64,000 nucleotides of DNA from the NCBI GenBank assembly GCA_046563655.1, contig CM102287.1, forward strand, positions 1,736,001 through 1,800,000, written 5' to 3'. The notes beneath the pieces are model-generated. The model had not been told where the DNA came from. It worked only from the letters and a program-made list of their open reading frames with translations, and made no database searches. This document shows, one piece after another, positions 37,701-52,954 of this stretch. Each line of letters begins with the position of its first letter. Position 1 is the first letter of the stretch. Origin of the DNA: Yuukianura sp. NJ FZ-2021. Its lineage: Eukaryota. A program made the position numbers and the translations under genes.

Positions 37701-40700
37701 CATAGTAAAGTTGTGCTAAAATAAAATTTCGGATTGTTTTTGGACACAAGTTATTAAGATGTCCTTTATTTGAAGTGAACGATGTTAGTAAAACATACAA
37801 AAGTATTTCTTGAAAATTCCAACCAATAATTGCAAATAATGGTTGAATGTTCAATTTTGATTTGGAAAGTGTTATAATCGAATATTCCCTGAAATTCCAT
37901 AGGCAACTGAGTGATCGTGATTCCTAGTATCAAAGTGAGAACTCCTGGTTGGTATCTGGAGTGAGGGCAAGCTCGACATTTCACCGGCACTTCTCGTTTG
38001 TGCTCAAAGATGAACCCTGACAACATGTGGTTCACTGGATGATTTTGTCGTTGATGCAGTACGACAAAGTGGACCGGTATTTGATGCATAAGATAAAGAT
38101 GGTTATCAACGGTAACAAAGGTAAATTCCATGTTTTAGTGTTTCAGGCTTTGTTGTATAGTTCACCACTTAGTTAAACCTAAATGACTGTTAGATTTATG
38201 CACTTGTTGCATAGTAAAGTTGTGCTAAAATAAAATTTCGGATTGTTTTTGGACACAAGTTATTAAGATGTCCTTTATTTGAAGTGAACGATGTTAGTAA
38301 AACATACAAAAGTATTTCTTGAAAATTCCAACCAATAATTGCAAATAATGGTGAATGTTCAATTTTGATTTGGAAAGTGTTATAATCGAATATTCCTTGA
38401 AATTCCATAGGCAACTGAGTGATCGTGATTCCTAGTATCAAAGTGAGAACTCCTGGTTGGTATCTGGAGTGAGGGCAAGCTCGACATTTCACCGGCACTT
38501 CTCGTTTGTGCTCAAAGATGAACCCTGACAACATGTGGTTCACTGGATGATTTTGTCGTTGATGCAGTACGACAAAGTGGACCGGTATTTGATGCATAAG
38601 ATAAAGATGGTTATCAACGGTAACAAAGGTAAATTCCATGTTTTAGTGTTTCAGGCTTTGTTGTATAGTTCACCACTTAGTTAAACCTAAATGACTGTTA
38701 GATTTATGCACTTGTTGCATAGTAAAGTTGTGCTAAAATAAAATTTCGGATTGTTTTTGGACACAAGTTATTAAGATGTCCTTTATTTGAAGTGAACGAT
38801 GTTAGTAAAACATACAAAAGTATTTCTTGAAAATTCCAACCAATAATTGCAAATAATGGTGAATGTTCAATTTTGATTTGGAAAGTGTTATAATCGAATA
38901 TTCCTTGAAATTCCATAGGCAACTGAGTGATCGTGATTCCTAGTATCAAAGTGAGAACTCCTGGTTGGTATCTGGAGTGAGGGCAAGCTCGACATTTCAC
39001 CGGCACTTCTCGTTTGTGCTCAAAGATGAACCCTGACAACATGTGGTTCACTGGATGATTTTGTCGTTGATGCAGTACGACAAAGTGGACCGGTATTTGA
39101 TGCATAAGATAAAGATGGTTATCAACGGTAACAAAGGTAAATTCCATGTTTTAGTGTTTCAGGCTTTGTTGTATAGTTCACCACTTAGTTAAACCTAAAT
39201 GACTGTTAGATTTATGCACTTGTTGCATAGTAAAGTTGTGCTAAAATAAAATTTCGGATTGTTTTTGGACACAAGTTATTAAGATGTCCTTTATTTGAAG
39301 TGAACGATGTTAGTAAAACATACAAAAGTATTTCTTGAAAAATTCCAACCAATAATTGCAAATAATGGTGAATGTTCAATTTTGATTTGGAAAGTGTTAT
39401 AATCGAATATTCCTTGAAATTCCATAGGCAACTGAGTGATCGTGATTCCTAGTATCAAAGTGAGAACTCCTGGTTGGTATCTGGAGTGAGGGCAAGCTCG
39501 ACATTTCACCGGCACTTCTCGTTTGTGCTCAAAGATGAACCCTGACAACATGTGGTTCACTGGATGATTTTGTCGTTGATGCAGTACGACAAAGTGGACC
39601 GGTATTTGATGCATAAGATAAAGATGGTTATCAACGGTAACAAAGGTAAATTCCATGTTTTAGTGTTTCAGGCTTTGTTGTATAGTTCACCACTTAGTTA
39701 AACCTAAATGACTGTTAGATTTATGCACTTGTTGCATAGTAAAGTTGTGCTAAAATAAAATTTCGGATTGTTTTTGGACACAAGTTATTAAGATGTCCTT
39801 TATTTGAAGTGAACGATGTTAGTAAAACATACAAAAGTATTTCTTGAAAATTCCAACCAATAATTGCAAATAATGGTGAATGTTCAATTTTGATTTGGAA
39901 AGTGTTATAATCGAATATTCCCTTGAAATTCCATAGGCAACTGAGTGATCGTGATTCCTAGTATCAAAGTGAGAACTCCTGGTTGGTATCTGGAGTGAGG
40001 GCAAGCTCGACATTTCACCGGCACTTCTCGTTTGTGCTCAAAGATGAACCCTGACAACATGTGGTTCACTGGATGATTTTGTCGTTGATGCAGTACGACA
40101 AAGTGGACCGGTATTTGATGCATAAGATAAAGATGGTTATCAACGGTAACAAAGGTAAATTCCATGTTTTAGTGTTTCAGGCTTTGTTGTATAGTTCACC
40201 ACTTAGTTAAACCTAAATGACTGTTAGATTTATGCACTTGTTGCATAGTAAAGTTGTGCTAAAATAAAATTTCGGATTGTTTTTGGACACAAGTTATTAA
40301 GATGTCCTTTATTTGAAGTGAACGATGTTAGTAAAACATACAAAAGTATTTCTTGAAAATTCCAACCAATAATTGCAAATAATGGTGAATGTTCAATTTT
40401 GATTTGGAAAGTGTTATAATCGAATATTCCCTGAAATTCCATAGGCAACTGAGTGATCGTGATTCCTAGTATCAAAGTGAGAACTCCTGGTTGGTATCTG
40501 GAGTGAGGGCAAGCTCGACATTTCACCGGCACTTCTCGTTTGTGCTCAAAGATGAACCCTGACAACATGTGGTTCACTGGGTGATTTTGTCGTTGATGCA
40601 GTACGACAAAGTGGACCGGTATTTGATGCATAAGATAAAGATGGTTATCAACGGTAACAAAGGTAAATTCCATGTTTTAGTGTTTCAGGCTTTGTTGTAT

Positions 40701-43700
40701 AGTTCACCACTTAGTTAAACCTAAATGACTGTTAGATTTATGCACTTGTTGCATAGTAAAGTTGTGCTAAAATAAAATTTCGGATTGTTTTTGGACACAA
40801 GTTATTAAGATGTCCTTTATTTGAAGTGAACGATGTTAGTAAAACATACAAAAGTATTTCTTGAAAATTCCAACCAATAATTGCAAATAATGGTGAATGT
40901 TCAATTTTGATTTGGAAAGTGTTATAATCGAATATTCCTTGAAATTCCATAGGCAACTGAGTGATCGTGATTCCTAGTATCAAAGTGAGAACTCCTGGTT
41001 GGTATCTGGAGTGAGGGCAAGCTCGACATTTCACCGGCACTTCTCGTTTGTGCTCAAAGATGAACCCTGACAACATGTGGTTCACTGGATGATTTTGTCG
41101 TTGATGCAGTACGACAAAGTGGACCGGTATTTGATGCATAAGATAAAGATGGTTATCAACGGTAACAAAGGTAAATTCCATGTTTTAGTGTTTCAGGCTT
41201 TGTTGTATAGTTCACCACTTAGTTAAACCTAAATGACTGTTAGATTTATGCACTTGTTGCATAGTAAAGTTGTGCTAAAATAAAATTTCGGATTGTTTTT
41301 GGACACAAGTTATTAAGATGTCCTTTATTTGAAGTGAACGATGTTAGTAAAACATACAAAAGTATTTCTTGAAAATTCCAACCAATAATTGCAAATAATG
41401 GTGAATGTTCAATTTTGATTTGGAAAGTGTTATAATCGAATATTCCTTGAAATTCCATAGGCAACTGAGTGATCGTGATTCCTAGTATCAAAGTGAGAAC
41501 TCCTGGTTGGTATCTGGAGTGAGGGCAAGCTCGACATTTCACCGGCACTTCTCGTTTGTGCTCAAAGATGAACCCTGACAACATGTGGTTCACTGGGTGA
41601 TTTTGTCGTTGATGCAGTACGACAAAGTGGACCGGTATTTGATGCATAAGATAAAGATGGTTATCAACGGTAACAAAGGTAAATTCCATGTTTTAGTGTT
41701 TCAGGCTTTGTTGTATAGTTCACCACTTAGTTAAACCTAAATGACTGTTAGATTTATGCACTTGTTGCATAGTAAAGTTGTGCTAAAATAAAATTTCGGA
41801 TTGTTTTTGGACACAAGTTATTAAGATGTCCTTTATTTGAAGTGAACGATGTTAGTAAAACATACAAAAGTATTTCTTGAAAATTCCAACCAATAATTGC
41901 AAATAATGGTGAATGTTCAATTTTGATTTGGAAAGTGTTATAATCGAATATTCCCTGAAATTCCATAGGCAACTGAGTGATCGTGATTCCTAGTATCAAA
42001 GTGAGAACTCCTGGTTGGTATCTGGAGTGAGGGCAAGCTCGACATTTCACCGGCACTTCTCGTTTGTGCTCAAAGATGAACCCTGACAACATGTGGTTCA
42101 CTGGATGATTTTGTCGTTGATGCAGTACGACAAAGTGGACCGGTATTTGATGCATAAGATAAAGATGGTTATCAACGGTAACAAAGGTAAATTCCATGTT
42201 TTAGTGTTTCAGGCTTTGTTGTATAGTTCACCACTTAGTTAAACCTAAATGACTGTTAGATTTATGCACTTGTTGCATAGTAAAGTTGTGCTAAAATAAA
42301 ATTTCGGATTGTTTTTGGACACAAGTTATTAAGATGTCCTTTATTTGAAGTGAACGATGTTAGTAAAACATACAAAAGTATTTCTTGAAAATTCCAACCA
42401 ATAATTGCAAATAATGGTGAATGTTCAATTTTGATTTGGAAAGTGTTATAATCGAATATTCCCTGAAATTCCATAGGCAACTGAGTGATCGTGATTCCTA
42501 GTATCAAAGTGAGAACTCCTGGTTGGTATCTGGAGTGAGGGCAAGCTCGACATTTCACCGGCACTTCTCGTTTGTGCTCAAAGATGAACCCTGACAACAT
42601 GTGGTTCACTGGATGATTTTGTCGTTGATGCAGTACGACAAAGTGGACCGGTATTTGATGCATAAGATAAAGATGGTTATCAACGGTAACAAAGGTAAAT
42701 TCCATGTTTTAGTGTTTCAGGCTTTGTTGTATAGTTCACCACTTAGTTAAACCTAAATGACTGTTAGATTTATGCACTTGTTGCATAGTAAAGTTTTTCT
42801 AAAATAAAATTTCGGATTGTTTTTGGACACAAGTTATTAAGATGTCCTTTATTTGAAGTGAACGATGTTAGTAAAACATACAAAAGTATTTCTTGAAAAT
42901 TCCAACCAATAATTGCAAATAATGGTGAATGTTCAATTTTGATTTGGAAAGTGTTATAATCGAATATTCCTTGAAATTCCATAGGCAACTGAGTGATCGT
43001 GATTCCTAGTATCAAAGTGAGAACTCCTGGTTGGTATCTGGAGTGAGGGCAAGCTCGACATTTCACCGGCACTTCTCGTTTGTGCTCAAAGATGAACCCT
43101 GACAACATGTGGTTCACTGGGTGATTTTGTCGTTGATGCAGTACGACAAAGTGGACCGGTATTTGATGCATAAGATAAAGATGGTTATCAACGGTAACAA
43201 AGGTAAATTCCATGTTTTAGTGTTTCAGGCTTTGTTGTATAGTTCACCACTTAGTTAAACCTAAATGACTGTTAGATTTATGCACTTGTTGCATAGTAAA
43301 GTTGTGCTAAAATAAAATTTCGGATTGTTTTTGGACACAAGTTATTAAGATGTCCTTTATTTGAAGTGAACGATGTTAGTAAAACATACAAAAGTATTTC
43401 TTGAAAATTCCAACCAATAATTGCAAATAATGGTGAATGTTCAATTTTGATTTGGAAAGTGTTATAATCGAATATTCCCTGAAATTCCATAGGCAACTGA
43501 GTGATCGTGATTCCTAGTATCAAAGTGAGAACTCCTGGTTGGTATCTGGAGTGAGGGCAAGCTCGACATTTCACCGGCACTTCTCGTTTGTGCTCAAAGA
43601 TGAACCCTGACAACATGTGGTTCACTGGATGATTTTGTCGTTGATGCAGTACGACAAAGTGGACCGGTATTTGATGCATAAGATAAAGATGGTTATCAAC

Positions 43701-46700
43701 GGTAACAAAGGTAAATTCCATGTTTTAGTGTTTCAGGCTTTGTTGTATAGTTCACCACTTAGTTAAACCTAAATGACTATTAGATTTATGCACTTGTTGC
43801 ATAGTAAAGTTGTGCTAAAATAAAATTTCGGATTGTTTTTGGACACAAGTTATTAAGATGTCCTTTATTTGAAGTGAACGATGTTAGTAAAACATACAAA
43901 AGTATTTCTTGAAAATTCCAACCAATAATTGCAAATAATGGTGAATGTTCAATTTTGATTTGGAAAGTGTTATAATCGAATATTCCCTGAAATTCCATAG
44001 GCAACTGAGTGATCGTGATTCCTAGTATCAAAGTGAGAACTCCTGGTTGGTATCTGGAGTGAGGGCAAGCTCGACATTTCACCGGCACTTCTCGTTTGTG
44101 CTCAAAGATGAACCCTGACAACATGTGGTTCACTGGATGATTTTGTCGTTGATGCAGTACGACAAAGTGGACCGGTATTTGATGCATAAGATAAAGATGG
44201 TTATCAACGGTAACAAAGGTAAATTCCATGTTTTAGTGTTTCAGGCTTTGTTGTATAGTTCACCACTTAGTTAAACCTAAATGACTGTTAGATTTATGCA
44301 CTTGTTGCATAGTAAAGTTGTGCTAAAATAGAATTTCGGATTGTTTTTGGACACAAGTTATTAAGATGTCCTTTATTTGAAGTGAACGATGTTAGTAAAA
44401 CATACAAAAGTATTTCTTGAAAATTCCAACCAATAATTGCAAATAATGGTGAATGTTCAATTTTGATTTGGAAAGTGTTATAATCGAATATTCCCTGAAA
44501 TTCCATAGGCAACTGAGTGATCGTGATTCCTAGTATCAAAGTGAGAACTCCTGGTTGGTATCTGGAGTGAGGGCAAGCTCGACATTTCACCGGCACTTCT
44601 CGTTTGTGCTCAAAGATGAACCCTGACAACATGTGGTTCACTGGGTGATTTTGTCGTTGATGCAGTACGACAAAGTGGACCGGTATTTGATGCATAAGAT
44701 AAAGATGGTTATCAACGGTAACAAAGGTAAATTCCATGTTTTAGTGTTTCAGGCTTTGTTGTATAGTTCACCACTTAGTTAAACCTAAATGACTGTTAGA
44801 TTTATGCACTTGTTGCATAGTAAAGTTGTGCTAAAATAAAATTTCGGATTGTTTTTGGACACAAGTTATTAAGATGTCCTTTATTTGAAGTGAACGATGT
44901 TAGTAAAACATACAAAAGTATTTCTTGAAAATTCCAACCAATAATTGCAAATAATGGTGAATGTTCAATTTTGATTTGGAAAGTGTTATAATCGAATATT
45001 CCCTGAAATTCCATAGGCAACTGAGTGATCGTGATTCCTAGTATCAAAGTGAGAACTCCTGGTTGGTATCTGGAGTGAGGGCAAGCTCGACATTTCACCG
45101 GCACTTCTCGTTTGTGCTCAAAGATGAACCCTGACAACATGTGGTTCACTGGGTGATTTTGTCGTTGATGCAGTACGACAAAGTGGACCGGTATTTGATG
45201 CATAAGATAAAGATGGTTATCAACGGTAACAAAGGTAAATTCCATGTTTTAGTGTTTCAGGCTTTGTTGTATAGTTCACCCACTTAGTTAAACCTAAATG
45301 ACTGTTAGATTTATGCACTTGTTGCATAGTAAAGTTGTGCTAAAATAAAATTTCGGATTGTTTTTGGACACAAGTTATTTAAGATGTCCTTTATTTGAAG
45401 TGAACGATGTTAGTAAAACATACAAAAGTATTTCTTGAAAATTCCAACCAATAATTGCAAATAATGGTGAATGTTCAATTTTTATTTGGAAAGTGTTATA
45501 ATCGAATATTCCCTGAAATTCCATAGGCAACTGAGTGATCGTGATTCCTAGTATCAAAGTGAGAACTCCTGGTTGGTATCTGGAGTGAGGGCAAGCTCGA
45601 CATTTCACCGGCACTTCTCGTTTGTGCTCAAAGATGAACCCTGACAACATGTGGTTCACTGGATGATTTTGTCGTTGATGCAGTACGACAAAGTGGACCG
45701 GTATTTGATGCATAAGATAAAGATGGTTATCAACGGTAACAAAGGTAAATTCCATGTTTTAGTGTTTCAGGCTTTGTTGTATAGTTCACCACTTAGTTAA
45801 ACCTAAATGACTGTTAGATTTATGCACTTGTTGCATAGTAAAGTTGTGCTAAAATAGAATTTCGGATTGTTTTTGGACACAAGTTATTAAGATGTCCTTT
45901 ATTTGAAGTGAACGATGTTAGTAAAACATACAAAAGTATTTCTTGAAAATTCCAACCAATAATTGCAAATAATGGTGAATGTTCAATTTTGATTTGGAAA
46001 GTGTTATAATCGAATATTCCCTGAAATTCCATAGGCAACTGAGTGATCGTGATTCCTAGTATCAAAGTGAGAACTCCTGGTTGGTATCTGGAGTGAGGGC
46101 AAGCTCGACATTTCACCGGCACTTCTCGTTTGTGCTCAAAGATGAACCCTGACAACATGTGGTTCACTGGATGATTTTGTCGTTGATGCAGTACGACAAA
46201 GTGGACCGGTATTTGATGCATAAGATAAAGATGGTTATCAACGGTAACAAAGGTAAATTCCATGTTTTAGTGTTTCAGGCTTTGTTGTATAGTTCACCAC
46301 TTAGTTAAACCTAAATGACTGTTAGATTTATGCACTTGTTGCATAGTAAAGTTGTGCTAAAATAAAATTTCGGATTGTTTTTGGACACAAGTTATTAAGA
46401 TGTCCTTTATTTGAAGTGAACGATGTTAGTAAAACATACAAAAGTATTTCTTGAAAATTCCAACCAATAATTGCAAATAATGGTGAATGTTCAATTTTGA
46501 TTTGGAAAGTGTTATAATCGAATATTCCCTGAAATTCCATAGGCAACTGAGTGATCGTGATTCCTAGTATCAAAGTGAGAACTCCTGGTTGGTATCTGGA
46601 GTGAGGGCAAGCTCGACATTTCACCGGCACTTCTCGTTTGTGCTCAAAGATGAACCCTGACAACATGTGGTTCACTGGATGATTTTGTCGTTGATGCAGT

Positions 46701-49700
46701 ACGACAAAGTGGACCGGTATTTGATGCATAAGATAAAGATGGTTATCAACGGTAACAAAGGTAAATTCCATGTTTTAGTGTTTCAGGCTTTGTTGTATAG
46801 TTCACCACTTAGTTAAACCTAAATGACTGTTAGATTTATGCACTTGTTGCATAGTAAAGTTGTGCTAAAATAAAATTTCGGATTGTTTTTGGACACAAGT
46901 TATTTAAGATGTCCTTTATTTGAAGTGAACGATGTTAGTAAAACATACAAAAGTATTTCTTGAAAATTCCAACCAATAATTGCAAATAATGGTGAATGTT
47001 CAATTTTGATTTGGAAAGTGTTATAATCGAATATTCCCTGAAATTCCATAGGCAACTGAGTGATCGTGATTCCTAGTATCAAAGTGAGAACTCCTGGTTG
47101 GTATCTGGAGTGAGGGCAAGCTCGACATTTCACCGGCACTTCTCGTTTGTGCTCAAAGATGAACCCTGACAACATGTGGTTCACTGGATGATTTTGTCGT
47201 TGATGCAGTACGACAAAGTGGACCGGTATTTGATGCATAAGATAAAGATGGTTATCAACGGTAACAAAGGTAAATTCCATGTTTTAGTGTTTCAGGCTTT
47301 GTTGTATAGTTCACCACTTAGTTAAACCTAAATGACTGTTAGATTTATGCACTTGTTGCATAGTAAAGTTGTGCTAAAATAAAATTTCGGATTGTTTTTG
47401 GACACAAGTTATTAAGATGTCCTTTATTTGAAGTGAACGATGTTAGTAAAACATACAAAAGTATTTCTTGAAAATTCCAACCAATAATTGCAAATAATGG
47501 TGAATGTTCAATTTTTATTTGGAAAGTGTTATAATCGAATATTCCCTGAAATTCCATAGGCAACTGAGTGATCGTGATTCCTAGTATCAAAGTGAGAACT
47601 CCTGGTTGGTATCTGGAGTGAGGGCAAGCTCGACATTTCACCGGCACTTCTCGTTTGTGCTCAAAGATGAACCCTGACAACATGTGGTTCACTGGATGAT
47701 TTTGTCGTTGATGCAGTACGACAAAGTGGACCGGTATTTGATGCATAAGATAAAGATGGTTATCAACGGTAACAAAGGTAAATTCCATGTTTTAGTGTTT
47801 CAGGCTTTGTTGTATAGTTCACCACTTAGTTAAACCTAAATGACTGTTAGATTTATGCACTTGTTGCATAGTAAAGTTGTGCTAAAATAGAATTTCGGAT
47901 TGTTTTTGGACACAAGTTATTAAGATGTCCTTTATTTGAAGTGAACGATGTTAGTAAAACATACAAAAGTATTTCTTGAAAATTCCAACCAATAATTGCA
48001 AATAATGGTGAATGTTCAATTTTGATTTGGAAAGTGTTATAATCGAATATTCCCTGAAATTCCATAGGCAACTGAGTGATCGTGATTCCTAGTATCAAAG
48101 TGAGAACTCCTGGTTGGTATCTGGAGTGAGGGCAAGCTCGACATTTCACCGGCACTTCTCGTTTGTGCTCAAAGATGAACCCTGACAACATGTGGTTCAC
48201 TGGATGATTTTGTCGTTGATGCAGTACGACAAAGTGGACCGGTATTTGATGCATAAGATAAAGATGGTTATCAACGGTAACAAAGGTAAATTCCATGTTT
48301 TAGTGTTTCAGGCTTTGTTGTATAGTTCACCACTTAGTTAAACCTAAATGACTGTTAGATTTATGCACTTGTTGCATAGTAAAGTTGTGCTAAAATAAAA
48401 TTTCGGATTGTTTTTGGACACAAGTTATTAAGATGTCCTTTATTTGAAGTGAACGATGTTAGTAAAACATACAAAAGTATTTCTTGAAAATTCCAACCAA
48501 TAATTGCAAATAATGGTGAATGTTCAATTTTGATTTGGAAAGTGTTATAATCGAATATTCCCTGAAATTCCATAGGCAACTGAGTGATCGTGATTCCTAG
48601 TATCAAAGTGAGAACTCCTGGTTGGTATCTGGAGTGAGGGCAAGCTCGACATTTCACCGGCACTTCTCGTTTGTGCTCAAAGATGAACCCTGACAACATG
48701 TGGTTCACTGGATGATTTTGTCGTTGATGCAGTACGACAAAGTGGACCGGTATTTGATGCATAAGATAAAGATGGTTATCAACGGTAACAAAGGTAAATT
48801 CCATGTTTTAGTGTTTCAGGCTTTGTTGTATAGTTCACCCACTTAGTTAAACCTAAATGACTGTTAGATTTATGCACTTGTTGCATAGTAAAGTTGTGCT
48901 AAAATAGAATTTCGGATTGTTTTTGGACACAAGTTATTAAGATGTCCTTTATTTGAAGTGAACGATGTTAGTAAAACATACAAAAGTATTTCTTGAAAAT
49001 TCCAACCAATAATTGCAAATAATGGTGAATGTTCAATTTTTATTTGGAAAGTGTTATAATCGAATATTCCCTGAAATTCCATAGGCAACTGAGTGATCGT
49101 GATTCCTAGTATCAAAGTGAGAACTCCTGGTTGGTATCTGGAGTGAGGGCAAGCTCGACATTTCACCGGCACTTCTCGTTTGTGCTCAAAGATGAACCCT
49201 GACAACATGTGGTTCACTGGATGATTTTGTCGTTGATGCAGTACGACAAAGTGGACCGGTATTTGATGCATAAGATAAAGATGGTTATCAACGGTAACAA
49301 AGGTAAATTCCATGTTTTAGTGTTTCAGGCTTTGTTGTATAGTTCACCACTTAGTTAAACCTAAATGACTGTTAGATTTATGCACTTGTTGCATAGTAAA
49401 GTTGTGCTAAAATAGAATTTCGGATTGTTTTTGGACACAAGTTATTAAGATGTCCTTTATTTGAAGTGAACGATGTTAGTAAAACATACAAAAGTATTTC
49501 TTGAAAATTCCAACCAATAATTGCAAATAATGGTGAATGTTCAATTTTGATTTGGAAAGTGTTATAATCGAATATTCCCTTGAAATTCCATAGGCAACTG
49601 AGTGATCGTGATTCCTAGTATCAAAGTGAGAACTCCTGGTTGGTATCTGGAGTGAGGGCAAGCTCGACATTTCACCGGCACTTCTCGTTTGTGCTCAAAG

Positions 49701-52314
49701 ATGAACCCTGACAACATGTGGTTCACTGGATGATTTTGTCGTTGATGCAGTACGACAAAGTGGACCGGTATTTGATGCATAAGATAAAGATGGTTATCAA
49801 CGGTAACAAAGGTAAATTCCATGTTTTAGTGTTTCAGGCTTTGTTGTATAGTTCACCACTTAGTTAAACCTAAATGACTGTTAGATTTATGCACTTGTTG
49901 CATAGTAAAGTTGTGCTAAAATAGAATTTCGCACTGTTTTTGGACACAAGTTATTAAGATGTCCTTTATTTGAAGTGAACGATGTTAGTAAAACATACAA
50001 AAGTATTTCTTGAAAATTCCAACCAATAATTGCAAATAATGGTGAATGTTCAATTTTGATTTGGAAAGTGTTATAATCGAATATTCCCTGAAATTCCATA
50101 GGCAACTGAGTGATCGTGATTCCTAGTATCAAAGTGAGAACTCCTGGTTGGTATCTGGAGTGAGGGCAAGCTCGACATTTCACCGGCACTTCTCGTTTGT
50201 GCTCAAAGATGAACCCTGACAACATGTGGTTCACTGGATGATTTTGTCGTTGATGCAGTACGACAAAGTGGACCGGTATTTGATGCATAAGATAAAGATG
50301 GTTATCAACGGTAACAAAGGTAAATTCCATGTTTTAGTGTTTCAGGCTTTGTTGTATAGTTCACCACTTAGTTAAACCTAAATGACTGTTAGATTTATGC
50401 ACTTGTTGCATAGTAAAGTTGTGCTAAAATAGAATTTCGGATTGTTTTTGGACACAAGTTATTAAGATGTCCTTTATTTGAAGTGAACGATGTTAGTAAA
50501 ACATACAAAAGTATTTCTTGAAAATTCCAACCAATAATTGCAAATAATGGTGAATGTTCAATTTTGATTTGGAAAGTGTTATAATCGAATATTCCCTGAA
50601 ATTCCATAGGCAACTGAGTGATCGTGATTCCTAGTATCAAAGTGAGAACTCCTGGTTGGTATCTGGAGTGAGGGCAAGCTCGACATTTCACCGGCACTTC
50701 TCGTTTGTGCTCAAAGATGAACCCTGACAACATGTGGTTCACTGGATGATTTTGTCGTTGATGCAGTACGACAAAGTGGACCGGTATTTGATGCATAAGA
50801 TAAAGATGGTTATCAACGGTAACAAAGGTAAATTCCATGTTTTAGTGTTTCAGGCTTTGTTGTATAGTTCACCACTTAGTTAAACCTAAATGACTGTTAG
50901 ATTTATGCACTTGTTGCATAGTAAAGTTGTGCTAAAATAAAATTTCGGATTGTTTTTGGACACAAGTTATTAAGATGTCCTTTATTTGAAGTGAACGATG
51001 TTAGTAAAACATACAAAAGTATTTCTTGAAAATTCCAACCAATAATTGCAAATAATGGTGAATGTTCAATTTTTATTTGGAAAGTGTTATAATCGAATAT
51101 TCCCTGAAATTCCATAGGCAACTGAGTGATCGTGATTCCTAGTATCAAAGTGAGAACTCCTGGTTGGTATCTGGAGTGAGGGCAAGCTCGACATTTCACC
51201 GGCACTTCTCGTTTGTGCTCAAAGATGAACCCTGACAACATGTGGTTCACTGGATGATTTTGTCGTTGATGCAGTACGACAAAGTGGACCGGTATTTGAT
51301 GCATAAGATAAAGATGGTTATCAACGGTAACAAAGGTAAATTCCATGTTTTAGTGTTTCAGGCTTTGTTGTATAGTTCACCACTTAGTTAAACCTAAATG
51401 ACTGTTAGATTTATGCACTTGTTGCATAGTAAAGTTGTGCTAAAATAGAATTTCGGATTGTTTTTGGACACAAGTTATTAAGATGTCCTTTATTTGAAGT
51501 GAACGATGTTAGTAAAACATACAAAAGTATTTCTTGAAAATTCCAACCAATAATTGCAAATAATGGTGAATGTTCAATTTTGATTTGGAAAGTGTTATAA
51601 TCGAATATTCCCTGAAATTCCATAGGCAACTGAGTGATCGTGATTCCTAGTATCAAAGTGAGAACTCCTGGTTGGTATCTGGAGTGAGGGCAAGCTCGAC
51701 ATTTCACCGGCACTTCTCGTTTGTGCTCAAAGATGAACCCTGACAACATGTGGTTCACTGGATGATTTTGTCGTTGATGCAGTACGACAAAGTGGACCGG
51801 TATTTGATGCATAAGATAAAGATGGTTATCAACGGTAACAAAGGTAAATTCCATGTTTTAGTGTTTCAGGCTTTGTTGTATAGTTCACCACTTAGTTAAA
51901 CCTAAATGACTGTTAGATTTATGCACTTGTTGCATAGTAAAGTTGTGCTAAAATAAAATTTCGCACTGTTTTTGGACACAAGTTATTAAGATGTCCTTTA
52001 TTTGAAGTGAACGATGTTAGTAAAACATACAAAAGTATTTCTTGAAAATTCCAACCAATAATTGCAAATAATGGTGAATGTTCAATTTTTATTTGGAAAG
52101 TGTTATAATCGAATATTCCCTGAAATTCCATAGGCAACTGAGTGATCGTGATTCCTAGTATCAAAGTGAGAACTCCTGGTTGGTATCTGGAGTGAGGGCA
52201 AGCTCGACATTTCACCGGCACTTCTCGTTTGTGCTCAAAGATGAACCCTGACAACATGTGGTTCACTGGATGATTTTGTCGTTGATGCAGTACAACAAAG
52301 TGGACCGGTATTTG
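31758..52314 (-). repeat. 508-bp satellite, ~40 highly homogeneous copies, inverted relative to 21665-25725
   Basis: 508-509 bp periodicity of the same unit on the minus strand. Confidence 0.98.
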
Positions 52315-52861
52315 TGTTGAGAATACTTAGAAGTATCCCAAAAGGGAATAAGAATAAAATTAATATCAAAATGAAATGGGTTAGATTTAAGGAAATTAGG
52401 TTTAAATAGAAGTTAAGTTTACCTCAGAAGAGAGGAGAAGAGAATTTAATGTAAGATTAGGTGAGAAGTGTCAAAGGGTTAATGTTGATCCACTTGAGTG
52501 GAGAATAGAATCAAAGGGAAAGGGTTAGCGTCTACTTTATATGAAAATAGTACTACTGACTTGCGCACTAGAGCAGGGATAGTATGTGTAATTGTAAATC
52601 AACGCTTTCCATAAGGTAGAATCTCTCCCTCCTTTTTACTACAGAAAAGATACACCACAACAAGAGAGTCTTCAAGTAGCTTTTGCAGAGGCAGCAACTT
52701 ACACATAGATTCTCACCTGTCACTTGTCACTTTTCAGTTCTCATTTTAATCACATTTCAATTAGTAGAGTAATGTTAGGTTTCAAGTTTTATTATTAAAT
52801 AAATGAATCAATTAGAAAACGTTCAGTGTTCAGAATCTGGCATTCCATCCAACAATCTTCA
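52315..52861 (+). repeat. 5' LTR
   Basis: TGTTGAGAAT...ATCTTCA, nearly identical to 58722-59268. Confidence 0.97.
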
Positions 52862-52872
52862 TGGTGCCGAAA
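52862..52872 (+). promoter_or_regulatory. Primer binding site, probably tRNA-Phe
   Basis: TGGTGCCGAAA directly after the LTR is complementary to the 3' end of eukaryotic tRNA-Phe (UUUCGGCACCA). Confidence 0.75.
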
Positions 52873-52954
52873 GACGGTTATAGTGAGTCATAATCAATCC
52901 GACTGCTATTACACAAAGGATGACGAACCGATTTGGACATTGAACTGTAAGTGA

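Noticed and set aside
33698..49822. Single-base insertions producing frameshifted satellite ORF variants
   Set aside because: Most fall at dimorphic sites and look like both alleles merged (tggttgaat, ttcccttg, tatttaag, agcttaa), which suggests consensus artefacts rather than programmed variation.
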